A DNA stretch of 63,364 bases, the filler included, from Octopus bimaculoides (lineage: Eukaryota): assembly GCF_001194135.2 (NCBI RefSeq). It is 4 parts of 3 records of this genome, joined end to end, with 100 filler letters (N's around TTAATTAATTAA, not from the genome) between each part and the next. Parts side by side here need not be neighbours in the genome. Positions count along the whole stretch, not along the records: positions 32,176 to 62,085 come from NC_068985.1; positions 62,186 to 63,364 come from NW_026413381.1; 2 more parts are not named here. One strand, 5' to 3'. Shown here one piece after another: positions 51,185 to 63,364 of the stretch (the first letter of the stretch is position 1; each line of letters starts with the position of its first letter). The notes under the pieces were generated by a model, which was not told the DNA's origin, ran no database searches, and worked only from the letters and a program-made list of their open reading frames with translations. The position numbers were made by a program, and so were the translations under genes.

Positions 51185-52098
51185 AACTATAAGACGCATA
51201 TCAGAGAAACATGTAAAGCCTTTGGTTTGACCATCAGCATAAAGAAGACGGAAGTAATCCATCAAACATGCCCTACTCCTAAACAAATTCGAGGTGTCAA
51301 GCAGAGACCACTGGTTCCCAATTTTCCTGACACTCCTGTACAGGTTGATGGGAAAAGCCTAAATTATGTGAAGTCCTTTACGTATCTCGGTAGTAAAGTG
51401 AATTTGAGCGCTTCCTTTGATGACGAAATCACCAACCGTCTTGCAAAGGCAACCAACTCATTTGGCAAACTCCAACATCGCCTATGGAATGAAAGGAGAA
51501 TCAAACTGGACACCAACGTACAGGTCTATAAAGCAGCCATTCTTACTGCTCTCTTGTATGGCTCAGAATCGTGGATATCATATAGACGACATATTAACCA
51601 ACTACACATCTTCCACAAGGACTATGTGAGATCAATATTTGGTCCTTCACCAAAAGACAAAGTTACTAATGAGGACTTGTTTAGCAAGTGTAAGATTGGT
51701 AGAATTGAGAGCTTCCTTATAGATTCACAATTGCGCTGAGTGAAAAAAGAATGCCGAAAGTTCTCGTGTACTACGAGGTTGAGAGTGAACACAAGAATGT
51801 TTGTCGACTATGACTCAGATATAAGGACAAACTGAGGAGTAATCTATCACCTTTGAGTGAACAAGCTTGGTACGAAGAAAATGGAGATCGTTGTGTCAAA
51901 GTGGTATCAAAAACTTTGTTGCAACCAGCATTAATAGGCTTCGGGGTGCAAGGCAAAAGAGGAAAGCGGCTGCAAATATACCACCTACACTCACCTGTAA
52001 TCCGTTGAAACAGACCGAGAGTCCATCACACACAGACCGAGAGTCCATCACACACAGACCGAGAGTCCATCACACACAGACCGAGAGTCCATCACACA
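51185..52098 (+). mobile_element. RTE (BovB-like) LINE 3' portion
   Basis: FGLTISIKKTEV, FTYLGS, EITNRLAKA..SFGKL..RLW and LLYGSESW motifs. Ends in a 22-bp x4 tail. Confidence 0.9.
52010..52098 (+). repeat. 22-bp tandem repeat x4 (acagaccgagagtccatcacac)
   Basis: Units start at 52010, 52032, 52054 and 52076. Confidence 0.95.
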
Positions 52099-52989
52099 CA
52101 CACACTCACACACACACACACACCACTCACAATTACATAAACACACATATATTTACATACACGCATACACACACACAAACACACAAACACACACACACAC
52201 ACATGTATATATACACACACAGAAAGGAAGAAAAATAGATTGACAGAGAGATAGATACATGCATACATATATATACAAATATATGTACGTATGCATGTAT
52301 ATATATATATGTGTATGTGTGTGCGCGTGTGTGTGTGCGCGCGTGTGTTAGCGTATTATGTATGTTTGTCTGTATATATTTTGGACTATTTTATATGGTA
52401 AATTTTTTTCTGAGGCGCTATGAATATTCCTTTATTGATAATCAGCATCTATGTTTAGAAAAGACACGAACATTAATTCAATAGATAAGGATAATGGGGG
52501 AAACGTTTTTGAAGCCGATTATTTCGCCATGGGGCAACCTTTATCGAAGTGGGAAGTGATAAAATCTCCTTTTCCTCCTTGGACTTCCCTATTACCAATT
52601 CATTTTGTAAATAGCGTTGTTTTGTTTAAAAACAACTCCAACAAATTCCAAATATGTATTCAAATGTCTCTTTATGCCGTTCGCTGTTTTCACAGAGTAC
52701 TGTAGTAAGTACATCACTTTTTCTATTGTGGTGTTAACCAATTGATTGTACTTATTATCAAAATTATTACAGCAATGGCCAGTCTTTGTTTCAGTATACG
52801 AGGAAATATATTGCTCAGTCATTGAAGTAGTTGAATGCTGTCAACTTAATGTGACAGTCCCCTGAAGGGAATAATATTACTGTTGGTTAGACCGAGGAAG
52901 CTTCACCGATTCCTGTCAGCCATGACACATTTTCTGTGTCCTAACGTTTACAAGTGTGAGACAAGCACCCACACCCAGCTAAGCCTGCA

Positions 52990-53031
52990 TCAAGAGACAT
53001 GTTTCTGAGTCTTTGCTCGTCATCAGTCTGG
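52990..53031 (-). ncRNA. Type I minimal hammerhead ribozyme motif
   Basis: Minus strand: aga-CTGATGA-cgagcaaagactca-GAAAC-AT-GTC-tct. Confidence 0.5.
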
Positions 53032-53093
53032 AATAGCATGACCTGCTAGTCGAAGATGCCGGTCAATAATAAAAATAATAATAATAATTCTAG

Positions 53094-53140
<47 letters not shown>

Positions 53141-53683
53141 TAGTGAAATAAATTCAGTGATTTCAAATTTAGAAATAATACATTTCTAAATCTCTCAGAG
53201 AGATTTATGCAGTAGTGATACGATGAAGTAGTTGTATGCTGTCAACTTAATGTGACATTCCCCTGAAGGGAATAATACTACTGTTGTTTAGACCTGAGAA
53301 CCTGCAACGCTTCCGTGTCCGACGTGTATTATTTCTAAAATTGCTCAATTATTGTTTTTATTAAAGCCCAAGAGTTGAAAATATCCGAAAGTTTCTAGCA
53401 GAATGAGTGACAATATTTTGTGAGCTCATAAGTTTGAGGAAATCTTTTCACTTACATTTTATTCGGGCTTAAATTCTTCTCCATTTAAGACGTTGAGTGA
53501 GCATATGCTGCAATGAATTTTCCATCCGTTGTGAAGACGGAAGATGTTCGCTGATTTATAATTTCTCTAATTAATTTCAAGCTCGTCTCTTGCTGTAGGT
53601 GTAGTTGCTATATTTAACAAAGGAAAGATATTCAGACATTGACTAATCTCATCAAAAGAAATAAATATTAACTGGTAAATTCT

Positions 53684-53730
53684 CTCATGATGATGATGAT
53701 CTTGATGATGATAAAGTTGTTGATGGTGAT

Positions 53731-53766
<36 letters not shown>

Positions 53767-53813
53767 CATGAGTGCGATAATAATAAGAAGAGGAAGAAGC
53801 AGATGAAGAAAGA

Positions 53814-53854
<41 letters not shown>

Positions 53855-53884
53855 GTCACAAATAATAGAGTTACGTCAATCCTT

Positions 53885-53921
<37 letters not shown>

Positions 53922-53957
53922 GATTAAGAAGAAGAAGAAGAAGCAGAAGAAGCAGAA

Positions 53958-53992
<35 letters not shown>

Positions 53993-54030
53993 AGAAGAAG
54001 AAGAAGAAGAAGAAGAAGAAGAAGAAGATT
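53684..54030. repeat. Compound trinucleotide microsatellite (GAT/GAC/AAT/AAG)
   Basis: Direct reading. Confidence 0.95.
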
Positions 54031-54834
54031 CATAACAGTTTCATTGACAAGCATTTTTCGGTTTCGTAATTTTGATAAATCAAGTTAATTTCATCCGTTT
54101 TTAGTTCTTCCTTCGATTAAAGAAGAAAAATTGCTCTTAAGCTATGTAGCTTATGCTGTGGGATTAACACATTGAAGTAACAATGTTCGTATTCATCTTA
54201 AAGCGCCGAGCTCGCAGAAACGTTAGCACGCCGGGTAAAATGTTTAGTGGTATTTCGTCTGGCATTACGTTCTGAGTTCAATTTCCACTGTGGTCCACTT
54301 TGCATTTTATTTTTTCGGGGTCGACAAATTAAGTACGATTTTCCTACTAGGATCGATCTAATCAACTGGCCCCACTCTCCAATAAATTCGGGCTTTGTGC
54401 TTGGAGTAGATAAAAAAAAGAATGTTTTACTCATCTATGTGAAATGTAACGTTATAAACTATTTGCATTGGTTATCTGCCCTTATCTGAAATATTTTAAG
54501 TGCAAGTTAGTGTGTCGCTAAAGGAACGGAAATGTTTGTAAAAATGATAAATCATTGTTTGCAATTTATCATTAAATTAGGGCGCAGGAGTGGCTGTTTG
54601 ATAAGTAGCTTGCTTAGCAACCACCCGGTTTGGGTTCAGTCCCACTGCGTGGCACCTTGGGCAAGTCTCTTCTACTGTAGCCTCGGGCTGGCCAAAGACT
54701 TGAGAGTGGATTTGGCAGACGGAAACTGAAAGAAGCCCGTCGCATATATGTATATATATATATATATATATNNNNNNNNNNNNNNNNNNNNNNNNNNNNN
54801 NNNNNNNNNNNNATGTATGTATGTATGCATGTGT

Positions 54835-54871
<37 letters not shown>

Positions 54872-55374
54872 TGTGTTTGTCCCTCCAACATCGCTTGACA
54901 ACCGATGCTGGTGTGTTTACGTCCCCGTAACTTAGCGGTTCGCCAAAAGTAACGATAGAATAAGTCCTGGGGTCGATTTGATCGACTAAAAAGGCGGTGC
55001 TCCAGCATGGCCGCAGTCAAATGACTGAAACAAATAAAAGAAAGAAAGAAATATACACAAAGCATATTTGCTACACATCCATTGATATCACGCATTTATA
55101 TCAATCCCTCCTTGACATTGAATCACAAAGCTTAATCAAATTGCTCAAACAAAAACCCAACAAAGTAGCATAGCTTACACTTTCCATTCGTTAAGCAAGC
55201 GGAACACGAAACAAATTAGCAGAAAAAATCCAGATCATTGCAGTACAGCGTTCGCATTCCGGTATTAAAAAATAAGGGTACCGCACGATGATATTGAAGT
55301 GAACACACGAACAAAGTCGTACATGGAGTTATTCAGAAGACAGTCTCAGAAAAATGTTGTAAGCTCAGTGATGG

Positions 55375-55380
55375 TGAAGT

Positions 55381-55417
<37 letters not shown>

Positions 55418-55565
55418 AATGATGATGATGAGGGGGAGTGGGGAAGAGGGGGGAGGTGGTGGTGATGACGTTGACGATGACGACGACAAAGACGACAAAG
55501 ACGACGATGACGACAAAGACCTAGACACCACCTAGGAACACGACCAAGATCATGCTGACGACGAC

Positions 55566-55597
<32 letters not shown>
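55375..55597. repeat. (GAT)/(GAC) microsatellite
   Basis: Direct reading. Confidence 0.9.
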
Positions 55598-55598
<1 letters not shown>

Positions 55599-57929
55599 AA
55601 TCATAATGTGTGGAGTTGGGTGATATATTGATTGTAAATTATCAGTTGTAAAGATAAACTAATCACATGATAAGCAAATACGTTATGTGACAACTGATCA
55701 TGAGACAGAAATATTTAGCTAAGTGTTCGAGGAATAATTAAATAAGCGTTCGAATTTCCTGATAGGCTAAGATGGTACTCTCACATAAACAGTACATCCG
55801 GTTACAGAGGTCAAAGCTAAATCTTTATCGCCCAAGGGGATCCGAAAACAATAAATTTACGAGCGAATCCATTAGTAATAAAATTTTAATGTTCGCATCG
55901 TTCGAGTTATATATATTGACTGTTCTATATTTCGACCTTTAGAAGGAATATATGGAATGAAACGGCAGCAGGTTTTCACCTTTTGTCATTTTATGACATG
56001 TCTACAACATATATGTGTAAAAGAATAAATAAACAAAGCGTACACTATAATCGAGAAAAAAAATCGTAAGGTGACATTAGATGTGTTTCGTTAATTAATT
56101 CTTCAGCGTCGAATGGGCACACAGCAATTTGAAAAAGAAAAAAAAAAAGTAAAAAAGAAAATATATAATGAATAATATTTTTCTGTGTTATAAAAAAAGT
56201 TTTCTATGTTATTAAATTGAACTTAGATATTCAGAAATCAAATGGATATTTTCAATTATGTCTACCGATGAAACTGTAGATGGAATGGAAAATATCCTTA
56301 CAATTTTGAAATGCATACAAACAAATACAAAACAAAAATCTTATAAAGTTTGATGTACATACATAGAAATAAAAAATACTGACAGTTTCTGTTGTATAAA
56401 AACGAAGGCTTATAATTGCCGTCCTCATTACGTTGGACAAACGGCAATGACTGAACTGGATTTTTCGCTATATATACTCCAGAGGCAAAATTGTACGTCA
56501 TGATAAAATGTCATCAATCTATAGCGAACTCGCAAATATGAACTGATAAACAAATCCCATTTGTACGTATCTATTCCATCATTTCTCTTATACTTTTTGA
56601 ATGAAGTGTCTATAATATCTTAAAATAACAAGACAATTGATCTATGACATCAAATACCTGAATAAAGCAACACTTTCAAATGAAATGGCAAGAAACACAT
56701 AATACGCAAAGGAAAAATCTCTAACGAAAATTATATTCTACGATTTTGTGTTTTGCAATACAACATAATTATAAATAAGTGAAAATAAAAGCTAAAAGCT
56801 GTCAAATATAGCAAACATTTCTATTATATCACCGAATGAAATGTACTTGCATATTCATGGACGAATTTAATTTCATTATAATTATACTTAAGAAGGTCTT
56901 GCGCTTATAGAAGAAAGAATTATAACAGTACTTAACCAAGCGTATAATGATGTTCTACGTAAATCGATTTGAAGTTAAATAGCAAATTCAACATATTACT
57001 GAGCAGACATATATATATATATTTACGGAAATATTTCATGAAGCGTGTTTTACAACTGAATCCTGTACATTACTGAAGGAAACAAATACTCTTATATCTT
57101 ATACAAGAGAAAAAAAAATTAACATGTCGAATATTCATAGACTCTGAACGAATGTAGTGTGTACCATGTAATGTGCACCATGTGCAGGTGAGATAGTATC
57201 GAAGCTGTAGTAGAGCAAGACAAGGTCTCTCTCTCTCTTTTTCACTGTCTCTCACTTTTTTGTCTATCTATCAATCTCTCTCACTCTCTCTCTTTCACTC
57301 ATATCCGGTAGTTGATTCTTGCCTAAGTCTTGTAGTTTCCCATCAACATCATCTGTGTCACTCATCATGCATCGTCTCTAGATTTTTAAAGTGCGACATC
57401 TAATGGCAGTAGTTGCCGGTTGATAGAACCAATATTCATCCAGCAACATTCTAGATGCTAGTGGTCTGTTTCAGTCTTCCTTTCTCACGAGGCGCATTGC
57501 AAGATACATGCGGCATACTGTGTCAGCTAAATTGTGACTAAAATCGCTTATGAAGAATGTTTGTTGAAATATCAGCCTCGGCACGAAATGCAACGCATAC
57601 CGAGGGGAGTGCTGACTGGAAATGGAGCACATAACAGTCTGAACCTATCTCTTTCAGAAGACAAAGGGTAGACACCAGAGTCTGGTAAATCGAAAACTTG
57701 GGCAAGGAACGACGGTGGATATGTAATATATAACGGCAATGGCGTGCGCGTTTACCACCTGTACTTGACATTTCCTACATGTTCCTAAGAACTTGATCAA
57801 GTCAGACGATAGTATGTCTCATACTCCTGTATTCATTACAACTTCAGAATATAAATTTCTGAATCGGGAGAATATGCGATAGAAAAGGTTATGTAACTAC
57901 TATTCATTAGATATTGCACCATATTAAAC

Positions 57930-58089
57930 GCAGGAGTTGCTGTGTGGTAAGTAGCCTGCTTACCAACCACATGGTTCTGGGTTCAGTCCCACTGTGTGGC
58001 ACCTTGGGCAAGTGTCTTCTACTATAGCCTCGGGCCGACCAAAGCCTTTTGAGTGGATTTGATAGACGGAAACTGAAAGAAGCGCGTCG

Positions 58090-58156
<67 letters not shown>

Positions 58157-58390
58157 GTGTCTGTGTCTCTGTGTGTGTCCGTGTCTGTGTTTGACCCCTA
58201 CCATCACTTGACAACTGATACTGGTGTGTTTACGTCCCCATAACTTAGCGGTTCGGCAAAAAGAGACCGGGAGAATAAGTACTAGGCTTCCAGAGAATAA
58301 ATCCTGGGGTCAATTTGCTCGACTAAAGGCGGTGCCCCAGCATGGCCGCAGTCAAATGACTGAAACAAGTAAAAGAGTATAGAGTAAAAG
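57930..58390 (+). mobile_element. SINE family 2 (tRNA-like head, internal (TA)n(TG)n tract, conserved tail); representative copy
   Basis: gcaggagtggctgtgtggtaag...gggttcagtcccactg...ccttgggcaagtgtcttc. Other copies at ~1645-2090(-), 8560-9150(-), 26455-26740(-), 32750-33265(+), 50185-50510(+), 54580-55050(+), 60265-60455(-). Confidence 0.88.
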
Positions 58391-61058
58391 AGATATTGAG
58401 GACATATTATTTTTAGTTTTATATAGCACTCGTTTATTTTTAACTCTATTTTACGTAATTCTAATTATATTCTTCCTCAATTTGTCGTAATCAAAAGTAT
58501 GTGATTTACGCGTTGAATTAAGAATAAGTTAAGATTTTCAAGAATCAATTGAAAAGCCGTCAGAACATAAAGAAATACATGATTATGGATGTCATCATTT
58601 TAATGTATGTGTAGATCATTTGGTCTCATGCAAGAATTTTAGAGAGACATGGCTGATACTAGATAGAAACTGCTGCTTCAGATATTCATTGTTATATATT
58701 TCGTTCACAGACTAGCTTTATGTTTCTCCAAATTAATCTGTGTTTTTCTTAGAAGGCGGTGAAGCTCTAATTTTCTACGTTGCATCTATTGCGCATTTTG
58801 TTTTCCGCAATAAACTGTCTAAAACAACATGTCAAACAACATCGTAAAGAAATCTAGCATTCTTGCTTCATCATTTTGAATCTCATCCTCAACAGTTGTA
58901 CTCTGCTTGCGCAATAAACTAATTAACAAGTTAATAAATAGACCCTAGTTATGCTGATTAGCATCCCTAAATTGTTTAAAGTATATCGAAAATGTTAATT
59001 GCACCCGGTCACGACCCATTGATAATGATAACTTTGCATATACCCCAACACACTTTGAAAGACATGTATGTCTCCACAGAGAAGCTTCATGGACGTTTTT
59101 TTTATGTAACTGTTGAATACGTTGAATACATCACAACCAAAACATTCAGACTCTTTCCAGTTTTATTACGTATAAATCGCCTATAATAATCCATACACAT
59201 GATCACGTTTTCAATTGTGACTATATAAATAAAATGCCAATGCAATCTTTTTCTACTCTAGGCACAAGACCCGAAATTTTGGGGGACGGGGACAGTCGAT
59301 TAGATCGACACCAGGACGCAACTGGTACTAAATTTATCGACTCCGAGAGGGTGAAAGGCAAAGGCGACCGCAGCTGATATTGAACTCAGAGCATAAAGAC
59401 AGACGAAATACAGGTAAGCATTTCGCCCGGCGTGATAACGTTTCTGCCAGCTCACCGCATTAATGCCAATGCAATCCTGCGACCTATATATATATATTCG
59501 CCACGATAGATCGCTGACCACTACACACATTCTTATCTCTCCTATCTTTCTCTCCGTTTTTTCTCTCCTTTTTTCTCTCCTTGCTTCTTTCTGCGTTCCT
59601 TTCGGTGGAAGAGCGTAGGCTCGAAACGTTAAAGACTTTCTCAATTCGAACTCGGAATCTTGGGGTTAGTAGCCCGCGTTCTTAACCACTATGCCATATG
59701 TCCGTGGGATTATAGCAACAGTTTCGCGGTCGAGAGATCGAGCGTTCAAATTTTAGACCGGGCGATGTGTCTGTTTATGACCGAAGCATCTAACCCCCAC
59801 GCAGATACGCAGAAGGTAATGGCAAGCTTCTACTGACACTTTTACCAAAACATTCTCTCAGTTTTTTCTCCTGCATCTAGCAACTCACCAGCGACGGATC
59901 GGCCTCCCGTCAAGGTGGGGGACCTGTACAACAATGAAATTGGGAAACGGGCCCTTATGCGCCACACATTTACTATTTGTTTTTTTCTTTAAATAGTGGG
60001 TACATTAAGTCAGACTATCGTATCTGCAGCTGCTTCAGGTGCTAAGATATCCAAAATTGTAGAACTGAAGTACAACGGTTTTGCTATGGAATGGTAGTAT
60101 TATTTTTTCGTTTTCTGAAAAATCAAAAATAAGAAATTTTACCGGTGAGTGTGTTAAATTATAAGGCACAAAAAGAAAATGACTCTCCCCAGACACAATT
60201 AAAATATCAACGTTCTGGACATACGGTATTTTTTGCATAATAGCAACGATATATTCTCTCTATCTCTTTTACTCTTTTACTTGTTTCAGTCATTTGACTG
60301 CGGCCATGCTGGAGCACCGCCATTAGTCGAGCAAATCGAATAAAAGGACTTATTCTTTGTAAACCTAGTACTTATTCTATCTTTCTCTATTGCCGCACCG
60401 TTAGGTCACGGGGACGTAAACACATCAGCACCGGTTACAAGCGATGTTGGGGGGNNNNNNNNNNNNNNNNNNNNNNNNNNNNNNNNNNNNNNNNNNNNNN
60501 NNNNNNNNNNNNNNNNNNNNNNNNNNNNNNNNNNNNNNNNNNNNNNNNNNNNNNNNNNNNNNNNNNNNNNNNNNNNNNNNNNNNNNNNNNNNNNNNNNNN
60601 NNNNNNNNNNNNNNNNNNNNNNNNNNNNNNNNNNNNNNNNNNNNNNNNNNNNNNNNNNNNNNNNNNNNNNNNNNNNNNNNNNNNNNNNNNNNNNNNNNNN
60701 NNNNNNNNNNNNNNNNNNNNNNNNNNNNNNNNNNNNNNNNNNNNNNNNNNNNNNNNNNNNNNNNNNNNNNNNNNNNNNNNNNNNNNNNNNNNNNNNNNNN
60801 NNNNNNNNNNNNNNNNNNNNNNNNNNNNNNNNNNNNNNCCCAATTAACGTTTAAATTTGGCCGACCTATTAACTGCTTAGGTATATCAAATATTAGTAGA
60901 CGAGTAAAAGAGATTTATACGCATGTGATGAAGATACGGTTTCCCAACGTCATGACTTTCATTGCATTTGACAGTGTGCTGTTTCTGCAGATGTATATTT
61001 CCGTGATTTGTGGTTTAGTGTGATTGTGCGTGCATACGTGTGTGTGCATGTGTGTGCA

Positions 61059-61131
<73 letters not shown>

Positions 61132-61832
61132 ATCTATGCTCGCGCGTATGTGTGCGTATGCAATTTGATTCCTATTACATTAGCTACAGATCACGTTGCC
61201 TTCTCCAACGTGGTATAGTCTAGCTTGGAATCCTGTGTACATACATTTCATACTAAAGCGATTTTTATATTTATGTTTCCGCTTACACTCAGATTAGAAA
61301 ATTTCGCATCGAATGAGATGGTATCCATAGTTTATAAACTACTTAAAAACTAAACATAATAGCTCCACCTGCTTAGTATACGATAAATCATTTTTCTATA
61401 ACAACTAGTCAAAATTAAGAGAAGTATTCGAATGTATAGAGAGGAACACGCATTTTTAAATACATACTTGTCAAAATATGTTAGAATATTACCTGTGCTG
61501 GTGAACAACCATATAATTGTAAAGTATACAACGTTTAATTGCTCATGTATATATGTTTTAATTTTATCTTATTCTTATTTCAGATACATCCTTGAAAGGT
61601 TTAGTCAAGCAAATCGACTCCTCTACTCAATTTCGTTAAGGCTAGTACTTATTGTATCGGTGGGTTTCGGCGACCTGCTGAGTTATGGGGATGTAAAAAA
61701 AATTTTTGTCAAGCATTGCGTGGGGAACCAGTGCTACAGCAGAAGTCACCTGTCCAGGATTCCACGCAACAGGATTGAATTTGCAAATATGTTGTGGGAA
61801 ACAAGCTGCCTTGCCTACAGCTAGACCTACTC

Positions 61833-61918
<86 letters not shown>

Positions 61919-61920
61919 CA

Positions 61921-62085
61921 TCACGAAACTAGAACGCATACTTTTCCGCTTTCTGTGGAAGGGTGGCGTTCCGATGGTGAGGCGATCCATTTGCTGTCAA
62001 CAACCGTTACGTGGAGGACTGGGGATGCCGTGGTTAATGATGCGCAGACATGCGCTGAGACTGCGGCATCTCTGGAACTTCATTG
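61921..62085 (+). mobile_element. Tx1/L1-clade LINE fragment
   Basis: ILFRFLWKGGVPMVRRSICCQQPLRGGLGMP matches the post-RT FLW...GGLGxP motif. Confidence 0.75.
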
Positions 62086-62891
62086 NNNNNNNNNNNNNNN
62101 NNNNNNNNNNNNNNNNNNNNNNNNNNNNNTTAATTAATTAANNNNNNNNNNNNNNNNNNNNNNNNNNNNNNNNNNNNNNNNNNNNATTTTTCAACCAAAA
62201 GGACAATAAAGACAATATACAAACACATATGACACTCTATTTCATATCAACAATTAAAAATTTAAAAGTCTCAAAGCTGTTTCGGCCTGTAAGTGGCATG
62301 CCCCATTCTATCTATATAACTCCAGTAAGCTGGCGTAATTGGTAGATGAAAAGGATGCAATTGAGATACATGCATGATTCTCTTGGCCTTTTCAGAGTTT
62401 TACAAAATTCAGTACATGAAGTTTACAAAATTAAAATATAAATATAAAAAACCATATAAAGAGCCATAAAAATTCACATGTATATGCATATGCATGCATA
62501 CTTTAACAGATACAGATATACATAAATACATAAACATAAATACATGAATACCTATATGTGTGTCTAGATGTACATACATGTCTATATATGCACATCAAAG
62601 AGTCAAATGTTATTGTTACTATGTATGAGGAGGACAGGCACATATATATACATACCCATCCACACATACATCCACACATACATACACATATGTATATATA
62701 AACACTCCCATAAATACATGTCCCTGGTACATACGCTTTTAGTTGCGTTTGGAAAGGAGCTCCGGTGCAACGGTTCTTATCACTCTATTTTCAGCACAAT
62801 GTTCAGACCTATATGTATATATATATATATATTTGTTTATATGCGAGACCTGTGGGTTACGAACGTGTAAACTTCATTAACTGAACTTTGT

Positions 62892-63027
62892 AAATCTCTG
62901 AAGAGGCCTAGAGAATCAAGCATGTATCTCCATTGCATCCTCTTCATCTACCAATTACTCCAGCTTACTGGAGTTATATAGATAGAATGGGGCATGCCAC
63001 CGCTAGGCCGAAACAGCTGTAAGACTT
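62892..63027 (+). ncRNA. Type I minimal hammerhead ribozyme motif with extended stem II
   Basis: CTGAAGA (62898), 7-bp stem II GGCCTAG/CTAGGCC, GAAA, AC-AGCT-GT, predicted cleavage after GUA (63021), imperfect stem I aaatct/agactt. Confidence 0.6.
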
Positions 63028-63364
63028 CTTTAATTTTTTTATTTTTAATTGTTGATATGACATAGTGTATCATATCTGTTTGTATATTGTTTTTATTATC
63101 CTTTTGTTTGAAAAATAAATAGGTTAATTAACATAGTGCAGTGTCTGCAAGTTGATGTGTACCACATATTCCCATCCATTTTCTTATTGCTATATAAATT
63201 TAGGGTAAAACCTCCTTTTGCCCGCACCGACTTATTGCACTTGGTAAAAACACTAGTGTAATAATGATTGGGTACCCTCCCAGCAGTATATTGGATATAT
63301 ATTATCCCTTACTGGGTTGGATTCACAGCCCCTAACTCTCTCGGATTATATATACATATATATA

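Noticed and set aside
53668-54054. Poly-Leu/Ile and poly-Met/Asp ORFs (also 55299-55535)
   Set aside because: They are translations of trinucleotide microsatellites.

Overview
AT-rich, microsatellite- and SINE-laden animal DNA from a gapped draft assembly. The repeat complement points to an octopus or other coleoid cephalopod (inference). Two host genes are recognisable. (1) The first four coding exons of a NUP210/gp210 nucleoporin lie on the minus strand (15017->1156) and the gene continues past the left edge. (2) A UDP-glycosyltransferase with an intronless ORF is split across the two ends of one gap-free contig (23918-32075). That contig begins and ends with the same 270 bp, so it circularises to a 7888-bp unit holding a complete 505-aa ORF, most simply a collapsed tandem array. 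In my manual alignment both residues of the canonical His-Asp catalytic dyad are replaced (Y37, N137). The remainder is transposon debris: RTE, CR1/L2-like, Tx1-like and RLE-type (R4/Dong-like) LINEs, Helitron, mariner, hAT and piggyBac-like MITEs, and three tRNA-derived SINE families. There are also several long hairpins and minimal hammerhead-ribozyme motifs of the Penelope-associated type. Three 100-bp gaps carry an artificial TTAATTAATTAA linker, so order and adjacency across them are uncertain. All identities and alignments were judged by eye.
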